The translations under genes and the position numbers were made by a program. The notes under the pieces were generated by a model that saw only the letters and a list, made by a program, of their open reading frames with translations, had not been told where the DNA came from and did no database searches. From Verrucomicrobiota bacterium (GTDB lineage Bacteria; Verrucomicrobiota; Verrucomicrobiia; Limisphaerales; Palsa-1400), in the NCBI GenBank assembly GCA_049510745.1, contig JBEKYR010000007.1, positions 64,001 through 128,000 on the forward strand: 64,000 nt of DNA, written 5' to 3'. Each line of letters starts with the position of its first letter. The stretch's first letter is position 1. Of this stretch, positions 40,989 through 49,514 are shown piece after piece.

Positions 40989-41690
40989 ATGAAAATCTGC
41001 CTTTTCGGCATTACCGGCATTCCCGCGGGAAAACACAACCTCAAGGACCCGCGCCTGGATCAAGCCGACAAACTGGTCGAGGCGCAACGCAAGACCTACG
41101 CCCAAGTCGATCTGGCCGACGAGAAGGAAATCGCCACCAGCGACGCCATCCTGACCAGCCGCTCCGCCTTCAGCGACCTGTTGATGAAAGACCTCGATTT
41201 CATCGAGACCCGGCTGGGCCGCGAGCCGGGCGAGGCGGAAAAGGCCGTGCTGCAAAAGATGGCCGAGAGCCTGGTCGGCGAGACGCCGGTGTCCGCGATG
41301 AGCTTGACAGCGGACGAACTGGGCGCCATTTCCGCGCACAACTTTTATACCAGCCGTCCGGTGATCGTGGCCGAGGCGGCGGAACTGGCCGCGCCCGAAG
41401 CGTTGCTGCTGCGGGCGTTTCAGCAGGGCGGGGGGATCAGCTTTCTGACTGTCGGCGGCAAGGAGAATCGCGCCTGGCCGATCCGGGCCGGCGCCACCGC
41501 CTGGGAAGCCGCCGGCACGATTCACAGCGACATCCAGAAAGGCTTCATCCGCGCGGAGATCATCAGCTTCGAGGATTTGGTGGCGGCGGGCGGCGAGACC
41601 CAGGCCAAACGCGCCGGCAAACTCCGCCTGGAACTCAAGACCTACGTCCTGCAGGACTACGACGTGGTCAACTTCCGGTTTAACAAGTGA
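40989..41690 (+). CDS. YchF C-terminal (DUF933/TGS) domain protein with a collapsed G-domain
   Basis: FLTVGGKE.RAW.I..GATA.EAAG.IHSDIQKGFIRAE...Y..QD.DVVNFRFN matches the YchF C-terminus; no GxxxxGKS. Confidence 0.85.
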   Translation: MKICLFGITGIPAGKHNLKDPRLDQADKLVEAQRKTYAQVDLADEKEIATSDAILTSRSAFSDLLMKDLDFIETRLGREPGEAEKAVLQKMAESLVGETPVSAMSLTADELGAISAHNFYTSRPVIVAEAAELAAPEALLLRAFQQGGGISFLTVGGKENRAWPIRAGATAWEAAGTIHSDIQKGFIRAEIISFEDLVAAGGETQAKRAGKLRLELKTYVLQDYDVVNFRFNK

Positions 41691-41737
41691 CTTCCTCCCT
41701 GCTTGCCTGTCGGCGGCGACGGTGGTAATTGTTAAGT

Positions 41738-41968
41738 ATGACTGTTGTTCACATGTCTGAAACGGGGCAAATTGTCGTGCCAAAAGATATCCGCGACCAA
41801 CACGGGTTTGGGTCGGGGAGCGCGTTTGCCGTTTTGGAAAGCAAGTCAGGTGATATTATCTTTCGCCCGGTCAAGGCCGAACCCAAGATGGACTTGGTTG
41901 ATCATTTGCTGCGGCTTAAGGGCGTCGAAATCCCGGAGCGGACCCACTTCTGTCCACCCCAGACGTGA
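41738..41968 (+). CDS. vapB: AbrB/MazE-type antitoxin
   Basis: MSETGQIVVPKDIR..G swapped-hairpin motif; 4-bp overlap with the PIN toxin gene. Confidence 0.82.
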   Translation: MTVVHMSETGQIVVPKDIRDQHGFGSGSAFAVLESKSGDIIFRPVKAEPKMDLVDHLLRLKGVEIPERTHFCPPQT

Positions 41969-42390
41969 CGTATTTGCTCGATACAAACGTCGTTTCCGAA
42001 GCCTCCAAGCCGGTGCCCGACGTGCATTGCGTGGCTTGGCTCAAGTCCAAACGAGGGGACTGCGCTCTTTCCACCATTAGCTTGGCGGAGCTGCGCTACG
42101 GGATCGAACGAATGCCCGACGGCAAGCGCAAATCGGCCGCGGAATCAGTCTTCCAGTTTCTTTGTGAGGACTACGCCGGTCGATTTCTGGAATTTGACGG
42201 GCCTTCTGCCGCCGAGTGGGGTCGCTATGCTGCCGAGCTGGAGGCAACACATGGGTCGGGCTGGTGGAAGCAGTTTGACTTGCGGGATACCCAGATTGCA
42301 GCCATCGCACGCGAATATGGCCTCACTGTGGCCACGCGCAACGTCCGGCATTTTCCATTCTGCCCGACGGAAAATCCGTTTCAGGCTTGA
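41965..42390 (+). CDS. vapC: VapC-family PIN toxin
   Basis: YLLDTNVVSE, ELRYGI, D.QIAAIA, VATRN..HF. Confidence 0.92.
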   Translation: MTYLLDTNVVSEASKPVPDVHCVAWLKSKRGDCALSTISLAELRYGIERMPDGKRKSAAESVFQFLCEDYAGRFLEFDGPSAAEWGRYAAELEATHGSGWWKQFDLRDTQIAAIAREYGLTVATRNVRHFPFCPTENPFQA

Positions 42391-42398
42391 CCGAACGG

Positions 42399-42944
42399 TT
42401 ATTTGAGCGCCGCCTCAACGGCCTGCACCAGGTCCGCCGCGTCCGGTTTGACGGCGGGATCGAAGCGTTTGACGACCTGGCCGTTGCGGTCAATTAGAAA
42501 TTTTTGAAAGTTCCATTTGATTTCGCCGGGAAAGGCGGAATCGGGGCCGGTCAAGGCGGCGTAGAGCGGGCATTTTTCCTTCCCCTTGACGTGGACCTTG
42601 GCCAGGAGCGGAAAAGTCACGCCGTATTTCTCCGTGCAGAACGCCTTGATCTCCTCCGCCGTGCCCGGTTCCTGCCCGAGAAAATCATTGGACGGCACCC
42701 CGATCACCACCAGGCCCTTGTCCTTGTATTTTTCGTAAAGGGCTTCCAGGCCCGCGTATTGCGGAGTGTAACCGCACTTGGAGGCGACGTTGACGAGCAG
42801 AACCACCTTGCCCGCGTACGATTTGAGCGACGTGTCGTTGCCGTTGATGTCTTTCAAGGGAATGGACTGCAGCGCGGAATCCTTGTCCGCCCGCGCGATC
42901 TGCGCCATCGCCATCACGGCCAAAAAGGAAAGAAGTGTCTTCAC
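42399..42944 (-). CDS. Glutathione peroxidase family protein (Cys-type, probably exported)
   Basis: NVASKCGYTPQY, PSNDFLGQEPG, WNF.KFLIDR.G; signal-like N-terminus from GTG 42944. Confidence 0.92.
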   Translation of the reverse strand: MKTLLSFLAVMAMAQIARADKDSALQSIPLKDINGNDTSLKSYAGKVVLLVNVASKCGYTPQYAGLEALYEKYKDKGLVVIGVPSNDFLGQEPGTAEEIKAFCTEKYGVTFPLLAKVHVKGKEKCPLYAALTGPDSAFPGEIKWNFQKFLIDRNGQVVKRFDPAVKPDAADLVQAVEAALK

Positions 42945-42988
42945 GACGGCCAATTTGCCACCGGCGCCGGCGATGTCAACGGCCTTTC

Positions 42989-44350
42989 GGTCGTGGCTAC
43001 TTTGAAAAAAGACTTCCGCCCGGCCCGGTTGGCATGATAAACTAAGGGTCATCTATGAGTGATGGCCCAGACGATACACCCAAGCCAGCACCCCAAGGCG
43101 ATGCCGCAGAGGAAGAGGAAGAGGTTATGCCAACCAACCGCAGTCGGGTTCAGCGTATCCGCATCTTTATCGGCAAAGGATTCTCCGCCCTTTTCCTCAA
43201 CAGGCGAAGTAAGCTCCGTGCTGGGATTTGTGGCGGCATTAGCGCATTTTTCATCACTTTCGGCGGCATCATGTTTAAGGTTCATCATACACCTCCGTGG
43301 GTCGCAATCTCGTTAGTCTCGTTTGGAATTCTTTGGCTCGTACCAGGCACCTGGCAATTTTGCGTAAATTATGGTTCCACCAACAAATTTGCGTATATAT
43401 GCTCTAGCTTTGTTCTGGTTCCGGTCATTATTGGAATCGCGTTGGCTTTCTGGTATGAATACCGCCCCGACCGAACCAAGCCGCCAGAGTTTGCAATCGC
43501 AAGCAGTCCGCTTGATTTGTCGGATTTTGGGGGCTTGGCGGCATCACAAGAAGCAGCGGCAAACCGCCGCAAACACATCCTTTCCATTTCAAATCCAAAT
43601 GGCGATGTTGCATTGACGAACATGCTGTTTTTCTTACAATTTCCAGAGTCGATTCTAAGTATAACTGGAGCCGGGTTTACGGCAGTTCCAAATTGGGAAC
43701 CACAACCAATCACGATTACAGGCACTACAAACCCGATATTTGTTGAGCCGTGGAAAACGAATGAACTGACTGGCTTATGGAGCATTTCGATTGACGAAAT
43801 CCGGCCTCTTTCCTCTTTAACTGCAACAATTATCACTTCAATTGGAGCCGAAGGGAATCCGTTTAGTGCTTGGATGACAAATGTAATGACTAACAAGTGG
43901 CCAAAAGTGGTTTGCTGGCATATCCGCACCAGCCAGTCGACAAGCAGTACAACATCGAATGTTAAGGCGGTTATAGCGGCCTTAGCTTTTGATTCATCAA
44001 ATCGGACATTTGCTGTGACATCCCAAAACATCATGGTCCTCGCTTCCCGGAGGGGTGAGGAAACAACGTTCTCTAATTCGCAACCCATTATTTTCATGCG
44101 ATATTGGAAAGGATATAAAGTGCCAGGAATCGGCGCGTCTCGGATTTTGACCGTTGATGGGCCTTGGGTGGGGCAATCAATGGCGTTTGCGGAAGTGATG
44201 ATGCAACGACCGACGAATAATACAACCACGTCTTTTGGGGGCGGAGTGCCATCTATCGACATAAAGCCAGACACAAATGCACCGCCGCCAACCCATTGAA
44301 TAAATCGCCTTTTCGTATGGACGCCATTCATTTCAAAGTAGCCCACTACC
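42989..44350. mobile_element. Non-autonomous IS-derived mobile cassette (IS1-like ends, no transposase)
   Basis: Left end GGTCGTGG-CTACTTTGAAA; right end (revcomp) GGTAGTGGGCTACTTTGAAA; GGCCTTTC duplicated at 42981-42988 and 44351-44358; low-GC interior. Confidence 0.85.
43055..44299 (+). CDS. Passenger gene: hypothetical membrane protein (about 3 TM segments plus S/T-rich domain)
   Basis: 414-aa ORF filling the cassette; AT-richer codons; TGn-TAAACT extended -10 at 43035-43043. Confidence 0.7.
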   Translation: MSDGPDDTPKPAPQGDAAEEEEEVMPTNRSRVQRIRIFIGKGFSALFLNRRSKLRAGICGGISAFFITFGGIMFKVHHTPPWVAISLVSFGILWLVPGTWQFCVNYGSTNKFAYICSSFVLVPVIIGIALAFWYEYRPDRTKPPEFAIASSPLDLSDFGGLAASQEAAANRRKHILSISNPNGDVALTNMLFFLQFPESILSITGAGFTAVPNWEPQPITITGTTNPIFVEPWKTNELTGLWSISIDEIRPLSSLTATIITSIGAEGNPFSAWMTNVMTNKWPKVVCWHIRTSQSTSSTTSNVKAVIAALAFDSSNRTFAVTSQNIMVLASRRGEETTFSNSQPIIFMRYWKGYKVPGIGASRILTVDGPWVGQSMAFAEVMMQRPTNNTTTSFGGGVPSIDIKPDTNAPPPTH

Positions 44351-44426
44351 GGCCTTTCGGTTTTCTTGGCGCCGGTTTCTGGCTCTTCCTCTTAACGAAC
44401 ACAGAACGCTGGCAAACTGAATCGCT

Positions 44427-46112
44427 TTGGCACAACCTGTTCTCTTGAAGAAATTTTCCATCGAATCCGCGGCGGCGGGGCGATATGGGCTGGCGGTGGT
44501 GGCGGGGTTGCTGACGAGCCTGGGGTTTGCGCCGGCGCAATTGGGCGGCGCAGCCTGGGTTGGTCCCGGCTTGATTTTGTTTTGCGGCCTGGGATGCGGC
44601 GGCGGCCGGGCCTTCCGGGTGGGGTGGGTGGCGGGTCTGGCGCATTTCCTCAGTTCGCTTTACTGGCTGCTGGCGATGCCCTTCGCCTGGCACGGCATTC
44701 CGCTGGCGCCCGCGCTGGCGTGGGTGGCCTTGAGCGCCTATTGCGCCGTGTTTTTCGGGCTTTGGGTCTGGTTTTGCTGGAAGGTTTTCCCGGGCGAAAT
44801 TTCCGCGCCGGAATTGTCCCTGCCCGGCCTCGTGGACCAATTCCTCTCCACCCCGCCATGGAAGCGGGTCGCTTGGGCCATCGTTTGCGCGGCCGGGTGG
44901 ACGGCCCTGGAAGTGGCGCGCGGGCGGGTGCTGGGCGGGTTCCCGTGGAATTTTCTGGCGGCCTCGCAATACCGGCTGACGCCTCTGATCCAAATCGCCT
45001 CGATCACCGGCGTGTGCGGCGTTTCGTTTCTGATGGCGTGGTTTTCTGTTGGCCTGGGCGCGGCCATGCTGGCGTTGGCGCGTTGTCCGTCAACACAAAG
45101 AATCTGGAGTGACGCCGCGTTGCCCTTGCTGGCGGTGGCCGGCGTGGTCAGTTTCGGCATGACCCAGTTTGCGCCCGCGCCCGCCTCCGGCCGGGAAATA
45201 AAAGTGGCCCTGGTGCAACCGAGCATCCCGCAAACGTTGATCTTCGATCCGAAAGAGGATGCCGCGCGTTTTCAGGAGGTCATCGCTCTTTCCGAGCAGG
45301 CTCTGGAAGCGAAGCCGGACCTGCTGCTCTGGCCGGAGTCGGCTGTTCCGAATCTCGGCGCGGAATGCCAGCAAGGCATCGCCCGCCTGCTGGGCCGCCA
45401 TCCGCTCTGGCTGATCTTTTGCGCCGACTCCAATGAACCGCTGCCCTCAGGGGCCAACGCCGATTTCAACAGCAGTTTCCTGGTCGATCCGGCGGGGGCG
45501 ATCCGGGCGATTTATCACAAACGCCGGCTGGTTATTTTTGGCGAATATATTCCCCTGGTCCGGTGGCTGCCCTTTCTCAGATGGCTGACGCCGATTGGCG
45601 ACGGTTTTACGCCGGGAGATCGCCCCGTCCCGTTCGAGATGACGCATCCCGATGCCAGGTGTTCGGTGCTGATCTGTTTCGAGGACATCTTTCCGCAAGA
45701 GGCCCGCGAACACGCGGGGCCGGACATTGACTTCTTGATCAACCTGACCAATGACGGGTGGTTCGGCAACGGCCCCGAACAACTGCAGCAGGCCGCCGGC
45801 GCGGTCTTTCGGGCGGTCGAGAACGGGATGCCGCTGCTGCGCTGCACCAACAACGGCCTGACCTGCTGGGTGGATGCGCAAGGGCGGTTGCGGCGGATCC
45901 AAGAGGCGGGCGGGAACATTTACGGCCCGGGTTTCATCACGCCCACGATCCCCTTGCCCCCGCCGGGCGGGCATCGCCGGACATTTTACAATCGTTATGG
46001 AGATTGGTTCGGCTGGAGCTGCTGCGGCCTGAGCGTTTGCGCCCTGATGCTGCCGCGGGGGCGCAGGCCATCCTCCGGCGCCGTGTCCACTGACTCGCAG
46101 GACAGTGCCTAA
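44427..46112 (+). CDS. lnt: Apolipoprotein N-acyltransferase
   Basis: GGFPW, LVQP.I, WPES, YHK..LV.FGEYIP, ICFED, TNDGWF, RAVENG. Start uncertain. Confidence 0.93.
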   Translation: MAQPVLLKKFSIESAAAGRYGLAVVAGLLTSLGFAPAQLGGAAWVGPGLILFCGLGCGGGRAFRVGWVAGLAHFLSSLYWLLAMPFAWHGIPLAPALAWVALSAYCAVFFGLWVWFCWKVFPGEISAPELSLPGLVDQFLSTPPWKRVAWAIVCAAGWTALEVARGRVLGGFPWNFLAASQYRLTPLIQIASITGVCGVSFLMAWFSVGLGAAMLALARCPSTQRIWSDAALPLLAVAGVVSFGMTQFAPAPASGREIKVALVQPSIPQTLIFDPKEDAARFQEVIALSEQALEAKPDLLLWPESAVPNLGAECQQGIARLLGRHPLWLIFCADSNEPLPSGANADFNSSFLVDPAGAIRAIYHKRRLVIFGEYIPLVRWLPFLRWLTPIGDGFTPGDRPVPFEMTHPDARCSVLICFEDIFPQEAREHAGPDIDFLINLTNDGWFGNGPEQLQQAAGAVFRAVENGMPLLRCTNNGLTCWVDAQGRLRRIQEAGGNIYGPGFITPTIPLPPPGGHRRTFYNRYGDWFGWSCCGLSVCALMLPRGRRPSSGAVSTDSQDSA

Positions 46113-46196
46113 AAAGCGAGACATCCGTTCAGGGCTGTTTTTGCAAGTGCCTCATACTAAGCTGCTTAAAGAATCCGCAAAACCGGCCATTTCCGC

Positions 46197-46212
46197 TGGT
46201 ACGAGGTATGCT
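46197..46212 (+). promoter_or_regulatory. Putative sigma-54 promoter
   Basis: TGGTACGAGGTATGCT: GG (46198-99) N10 GC (46210-11). Confidence 0.6.
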
Positions 46213-46223
46213 TTAAGAAAAGC

Positions 46224-46352
46224 ATGGATACTGGAATGCGCGTCTTATTTTATATCCGTTACTATTTGGTTCCGCCCGCTTCGTTTGGGTTGTTCGTGTT
46301 GGCGGAAGGTGTCTTTCTTTACGGGCTGTATCGCGCCATCCTGGGCCATTGA
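46224..46352 (+). CDS. Putative 42-aa hydrophobic microprotein
   Basis: MDTGMRVLFYIRYYLVPPASFGLFVLAEGVFLYGLYRAILGH*; ATG lies at the predicted sigma-54 start site; below the ORF-track size cutoff. Confidence 0.55.
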   Translation: MDTGMRVLFYIRYYLVPPASFGLFVLAEGVFLYGLYRAILGH

Positions 46353-46449
46353 CCGGGGGCCTGGGGAAGCAATACACGGCCGGGAACCCGCGTGATCGGG
46401 GCAATGCTCGATCTGCGCCGGGGGATTGCTCCAAACGGCAGCGCCAGTC

Positions 46450-46980
46450 TCAGAACTGGTCTTCCTTCTCTTTGAACAAAATGTTGAACGTCGTCATCGA
46501 GCCGTAGCAGCGCGAGATGTATTGCTGCATCTCGATCTTCTCGGCGTCCGACAATTGCGGGTGGCTGTTGATCTTCTGCTCCAACACCCGCAGGTTGTTG
46601 CGCATCATGACAATTTTGTGGAAAAAAACCTCCAGCGGCACTTCCTTGCTTTGCAGCGAAGCGTCCGCCGGACGCAAGACGAGCGTTCCGTTCTGCCAGC
46701 GGACGGCCAGCTTCCCGACGATGGTATCGTCCCGCTCCAGCCCCAGCTCCTTGAGCATGACGCCGACCGTTTCCGCGATCAACGTGGACAGCGGCGCCGT
46801 CAGGCCGCTGATCTCGGCCTGCGCCTCTGCCGGCTTCAAATCGCTGTGCTCGGGCGCGAGCGTGCGCAGACCGGAGTCGAACCGGATGTCGGCCAGGTGT
46901 TCGGAAACGCTCTTGACCGTTCCCACGCCGTAATCCGGGTGATGGACCATCATCCCGACGTGCATCGATTGAAGTCTCAT
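46450..46980 (-). CDS. Conserved hypothetical protein
   Basis: N-terminal SH3/Tudor-like HPDYGVG.V; helical C-terminus FFHKIVM.R..LRVLEQKIN...CYGSMTTFN.LF. Confidence 0.75.
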   Translation of the reverse strand: MRLQSMHVGMMVHHPDYGVGTVKSVSEHLADIRFDSGLRTLAPEHSDLKPAEAQAEISGLTAPLSTLIAETVGVMLKELGLERDDTIVGKLAVRWQNGTLVLRPADASLQSKEVPLEVFFHKIVMMRNNLRVLEQKINSHPQLSDAEKIEMQQYISRCYGSMTTFNILFKEKEDQF

Positions 46981-47081
46981 AGCGTGACAAAAAATCGTTC
47001 TTCCGTCTGATTGAAATGGGAGAAAAGTTTAAAAACGCCGGGCCATTTGCGCAAGCGCCTTTTGCCGGGCGGAACTTTTTT

Positions 47082-48455
47082 CTACTTCTCCACTATCTCC
47101 ATATCCTCGCCCAGGGCGCGTCGCAGCCGGGCGCGGGCCGCCGCGTAATCGTGCAGGGCCTGCGCCTGCGTCGTGCGCGCCTGGGTCAGCGCGGTCTGCG
47201 CGTTGAGCACGTCCAACTGCGTCGCGTTGCCCGCGGCGTGGCGCGCCTCGGCCAGGCGCAAGGCTTCCTGCGCCTGTTCCCGCACCAGCTTTTGCGATTC
47301 GAGCACCTCCCGCGCCTCGATAAAACTGGAATAGGCCGTGCGCACGTCCAGTTCGATCTGGCGCTGGCTTTCCTCAACATCCAGTTTCGCCCGCTCGTAA
47401 CGGGCCTGCGCTTCGCTGACTTTCCCGCGCGTGAGTTGCCCGTCAAAAATGTTCCAGCTCACTTGCGCCCCGGCGATCCATCCCGACAAGTCGGCGCTCA
47501 AATTGTTCTCGTACGGCGGGCTTTGCCACTGGTAACCGCCGAAGAGTGCCGCGCTCGGTTTGTAACCGGCGCGGGCGTTGGCCAGGTCCTCCCGGCGCAG
47601 GGCCTCCGTCTTGCGCAACGCGGCCAGTTCGAGCCGTTTTTCCAGCGCGCGGGGCAGCGCGGAAGGCAAATCGATCTCATACGGCTGCGCCTCCAGCGTG
47701 TCGCTCAAGGTCAGCGGCACATCCTCCGAAATGGTGTGGGGCAGGGTGACGCCCAGGAGATAAAGCAGGTTGTGTTTGCCCAGGCGATAATCGTTGCGCG
47801 CCTGGATCAAGCGCGGACGCTCATTGCCCAGCTCGACTTGCGCGCGCAGCACGTCAAACTGCGGCACGTTCCCCGCCTCGAAGCGCCGCTGCGTGTCCTC
47901 CAATTCGCGCGTCAACAATTCAACCGACGCCTCGTTGACCTCGATTTGCTGCGCCGCCACCAGCACGTCGTCGTAGGCCAGGCGCACGGCCAGGAGCGTG
48001 TCGGCCAGGACGGTTTGATAATTGAGAAGGGCCTGTTGGCGGGTCAGTTTGGCCGAGCGGAAGGCGGAGGTGAGCCGGCCCCCTTCATAAATGGACTGCT
48101 GCACCTTGATCTCGGCGGACCAGTTCTGATTGGGGAACTGGATGTAACTGCTCAACGGCGGCGGCAGGGGAAAGCTCTCGATGAGCGAAGGGTCCTCGGC
48201 GTTATAGGCGCCGCCGGCCGAGAATTTTGGCCAGGCGATGGCGCGCAACTGAATCTCGATGCCGTAAGAGGCCCGCAAGTCGGCCTGGCCTTTGAGAATG
48301 GCGCTGTTTTGGCGCAGGGCGATTTCCACCGCCCCGGCGCGGGAGAGGGGATGGGAAAGAATGTTTGACGCACCCGTTTGATTGGTTTGCGCGCGCGCGG
48401 TCCAAGTCATCCAGCCCGCCAGGAGACCGGCCGCCAGGGAAGATATTCGCATCAT
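47082..48455 (-). CDS. TolC-family outer membrane efflux protein
   Basis: Signal peptide; AVEIAL.QN, RFEAG....FDVLRAQV, AG.ATQLDVL.AQ. Confidence 0.9.
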   Translation of the reverse strand: MMRISSLAAGLLAGWMTWTARAQTNQTGASNILSHPLSRAGAVEIALRQNSAILKGQADLRASYGIEIQLRAIAWPKFSAGGAYNAEDPSLIESFPLPPPLSSYIQFPNQNWSAEIKVQQSIYEGGRLTSAFRSAKLTRQQALLNYQTVLADTLLAVRLAYDDVLVAAQQIEVNEASVELLTRELEDTQRRFEAGNVPQFDVLRAQVELGNERPRLIQARNDYRLGKHNLLYLLGVTLPHTISEDVPLTLSDTLEAQPYEIDLPSALPRALEKRLELAALRKTEALRREDLANARAGYKPSAALFGGYQWQSPPYENNLSADLSGWIAGAQVSWNIFDGQLTRGKVSEAQARYERAKLDVEESQRQIELDVRTAYSSFIEAREVLESQKLVREQAQEALRLAEARHAAGNATQLDVLNAQTALTQARTTQAQALHDYAAARARLRRALGEDMEIVEK

Positions 48456-48629
48456 ATTGACTTCACTCAACCCGGAAACCCCGCCGCCAACATTTGGAAG
48501 AACGGCCCGATTGTCAACGCTCTTTCGCCGCATTCGCGATAGTGCGGCTGCTTCGGCTTCATGTGTCTGAGAGGGAGTGCGACGTATATGCTGTCGAAAG
48601 CAGGGCAGCGCATTTGATACAAAGTCCAT

Positions 48630-48881
48630 GTGCCGAAACGAGACGCAAACGACATCAAACGACTGATTGGCGATCGGGTTCGGCGACTGCGGATTGAGCG
48701 TGGCATAAGTTCGCAGGAAAAGCTGGGGGAAATTGCGAACGATCTGCACCGCACGTTTATCGGCCGGGTGGAACGCGGCGAAACTAACATCAGCATTGAG
48801 AATCTGGACGCGATTGCCAAGGCGCTCGATGTCTCGTTGGCGGAGTTTTTCGAGCCATTTCAGAATAAAGGAGGGAGGTAA
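48630..48881 (+). CDS. XRE-family HTH regulator, probable RM controller (C) protein
   Basis: G.RVRRLR..RG.SQEKL....LHRTFIGRVERGE.NISI.NL..IA.AL; 6 bp before the putative endonuclease. Confidence 0.8.
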   Translation: MPKRDANDIKRLIGDRVRRLRIERGISSQEKLGEIANDLHRTFIGRVERGETNISIENLDAIAKALDVSLAEFFEPFQNKGGR

Positions 48882-48887
48882 TTCGGC

Positions 48888-49514
48888 ATGGCCAACCCGG
48901 AGCCGCAACTCGAGGCGGTTTTATCCAGAATTCGGAATCCGCGGAATTGGGCGGACGTTAAGACCATTTTTCAAGTCATCCAGAGCAACCCAAGTCTGCG
49001 CGGGTTTGTTTACGGCTACGTCGCGGAAATGGAATTTGAACGCCATTATCTTAAGGCCCGGAAGGGTATTGAGGGATTCTCCAAAGACGACGACCACCAC
49101 AAGACAAAGTCGGATCGGACGGTGACTTTCAAAGGCAAGCCGATTTCGATCCAAGTGAAGTCCGTCCAAACGAACAGTATCCGGTTTGACGGGGGCCGCT
49201 TTATGGCCAGAGTTCAGAACGACGCGAGCGACCGTCGTCGGGTGACATTGCCCAATCAGACGAAGGTGGAAACGACCTGTTATGTCGTCGGAGAATATGA
49301 CATTCTGGCTGTAAGTTTGCAGCCGTTCACCGGGAAATGGAGGTTTGCGTTCAAGGAGAACTCGAAATTACAACGAACCACCTCCGGGAAATACACGGCT
49401 GAACAACAGAGGTATTTGCTCGCCACTTTGGAAACCATTCACTTTCCGCTGGATGCTTCGTGGACGGAGGACTTTGACGCCATCCTCGAAGTCGTCCACC
49501 GCCAGAAACATTAG
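48888..49514 (+). CDS. Putative type II restriction endonuclease (PD-(D/E)xK-like)
   Basis: GYVAE...SD...IQVKS catalytic-like motif; located between the C-like gene and a convergent methyltransferase. Confidence 0.65.
   Translation: MANPEPQLEAVLSRIRNPRNWADVKTIFQVIQSNPSLRGFVYGYVAEMEFERHYLKARKGIEGFSKDDDHHKTKSDRTVTFKGKPISIQVKSVQTNSIRFDGGRFMARVQNDASDRRRVTLPNQTKVETTCYVVGEYDILAVSLQPFTGKWRFAFKENSKLQRTTSGKYTAEQQRYLLATLETIHFPLDASWTEDFDAILEVVHRQKH

Noticed and set aside
42760..42800. Possible selenocysteine in the glutathione peroxidase
   Set aside because: The active-site codon is TGC (Cys) in NVASKCG; there is no in-frame TGA.
43369..44346. 325-aa antisense ORF inside the cassette (possible transposase)
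   Set aside because: It shows no DDE, HTH or zinc-ribbon motifs and starts within the IR; the plus-strand ORF has a promoter and TM organisation.
48536..48556. GATAGTGCGGCTGCTTC resembling the cassette end, left of the RM island
   Set aside because: Too degenerate, and no matching right end or TSD was found near 50810-50910.
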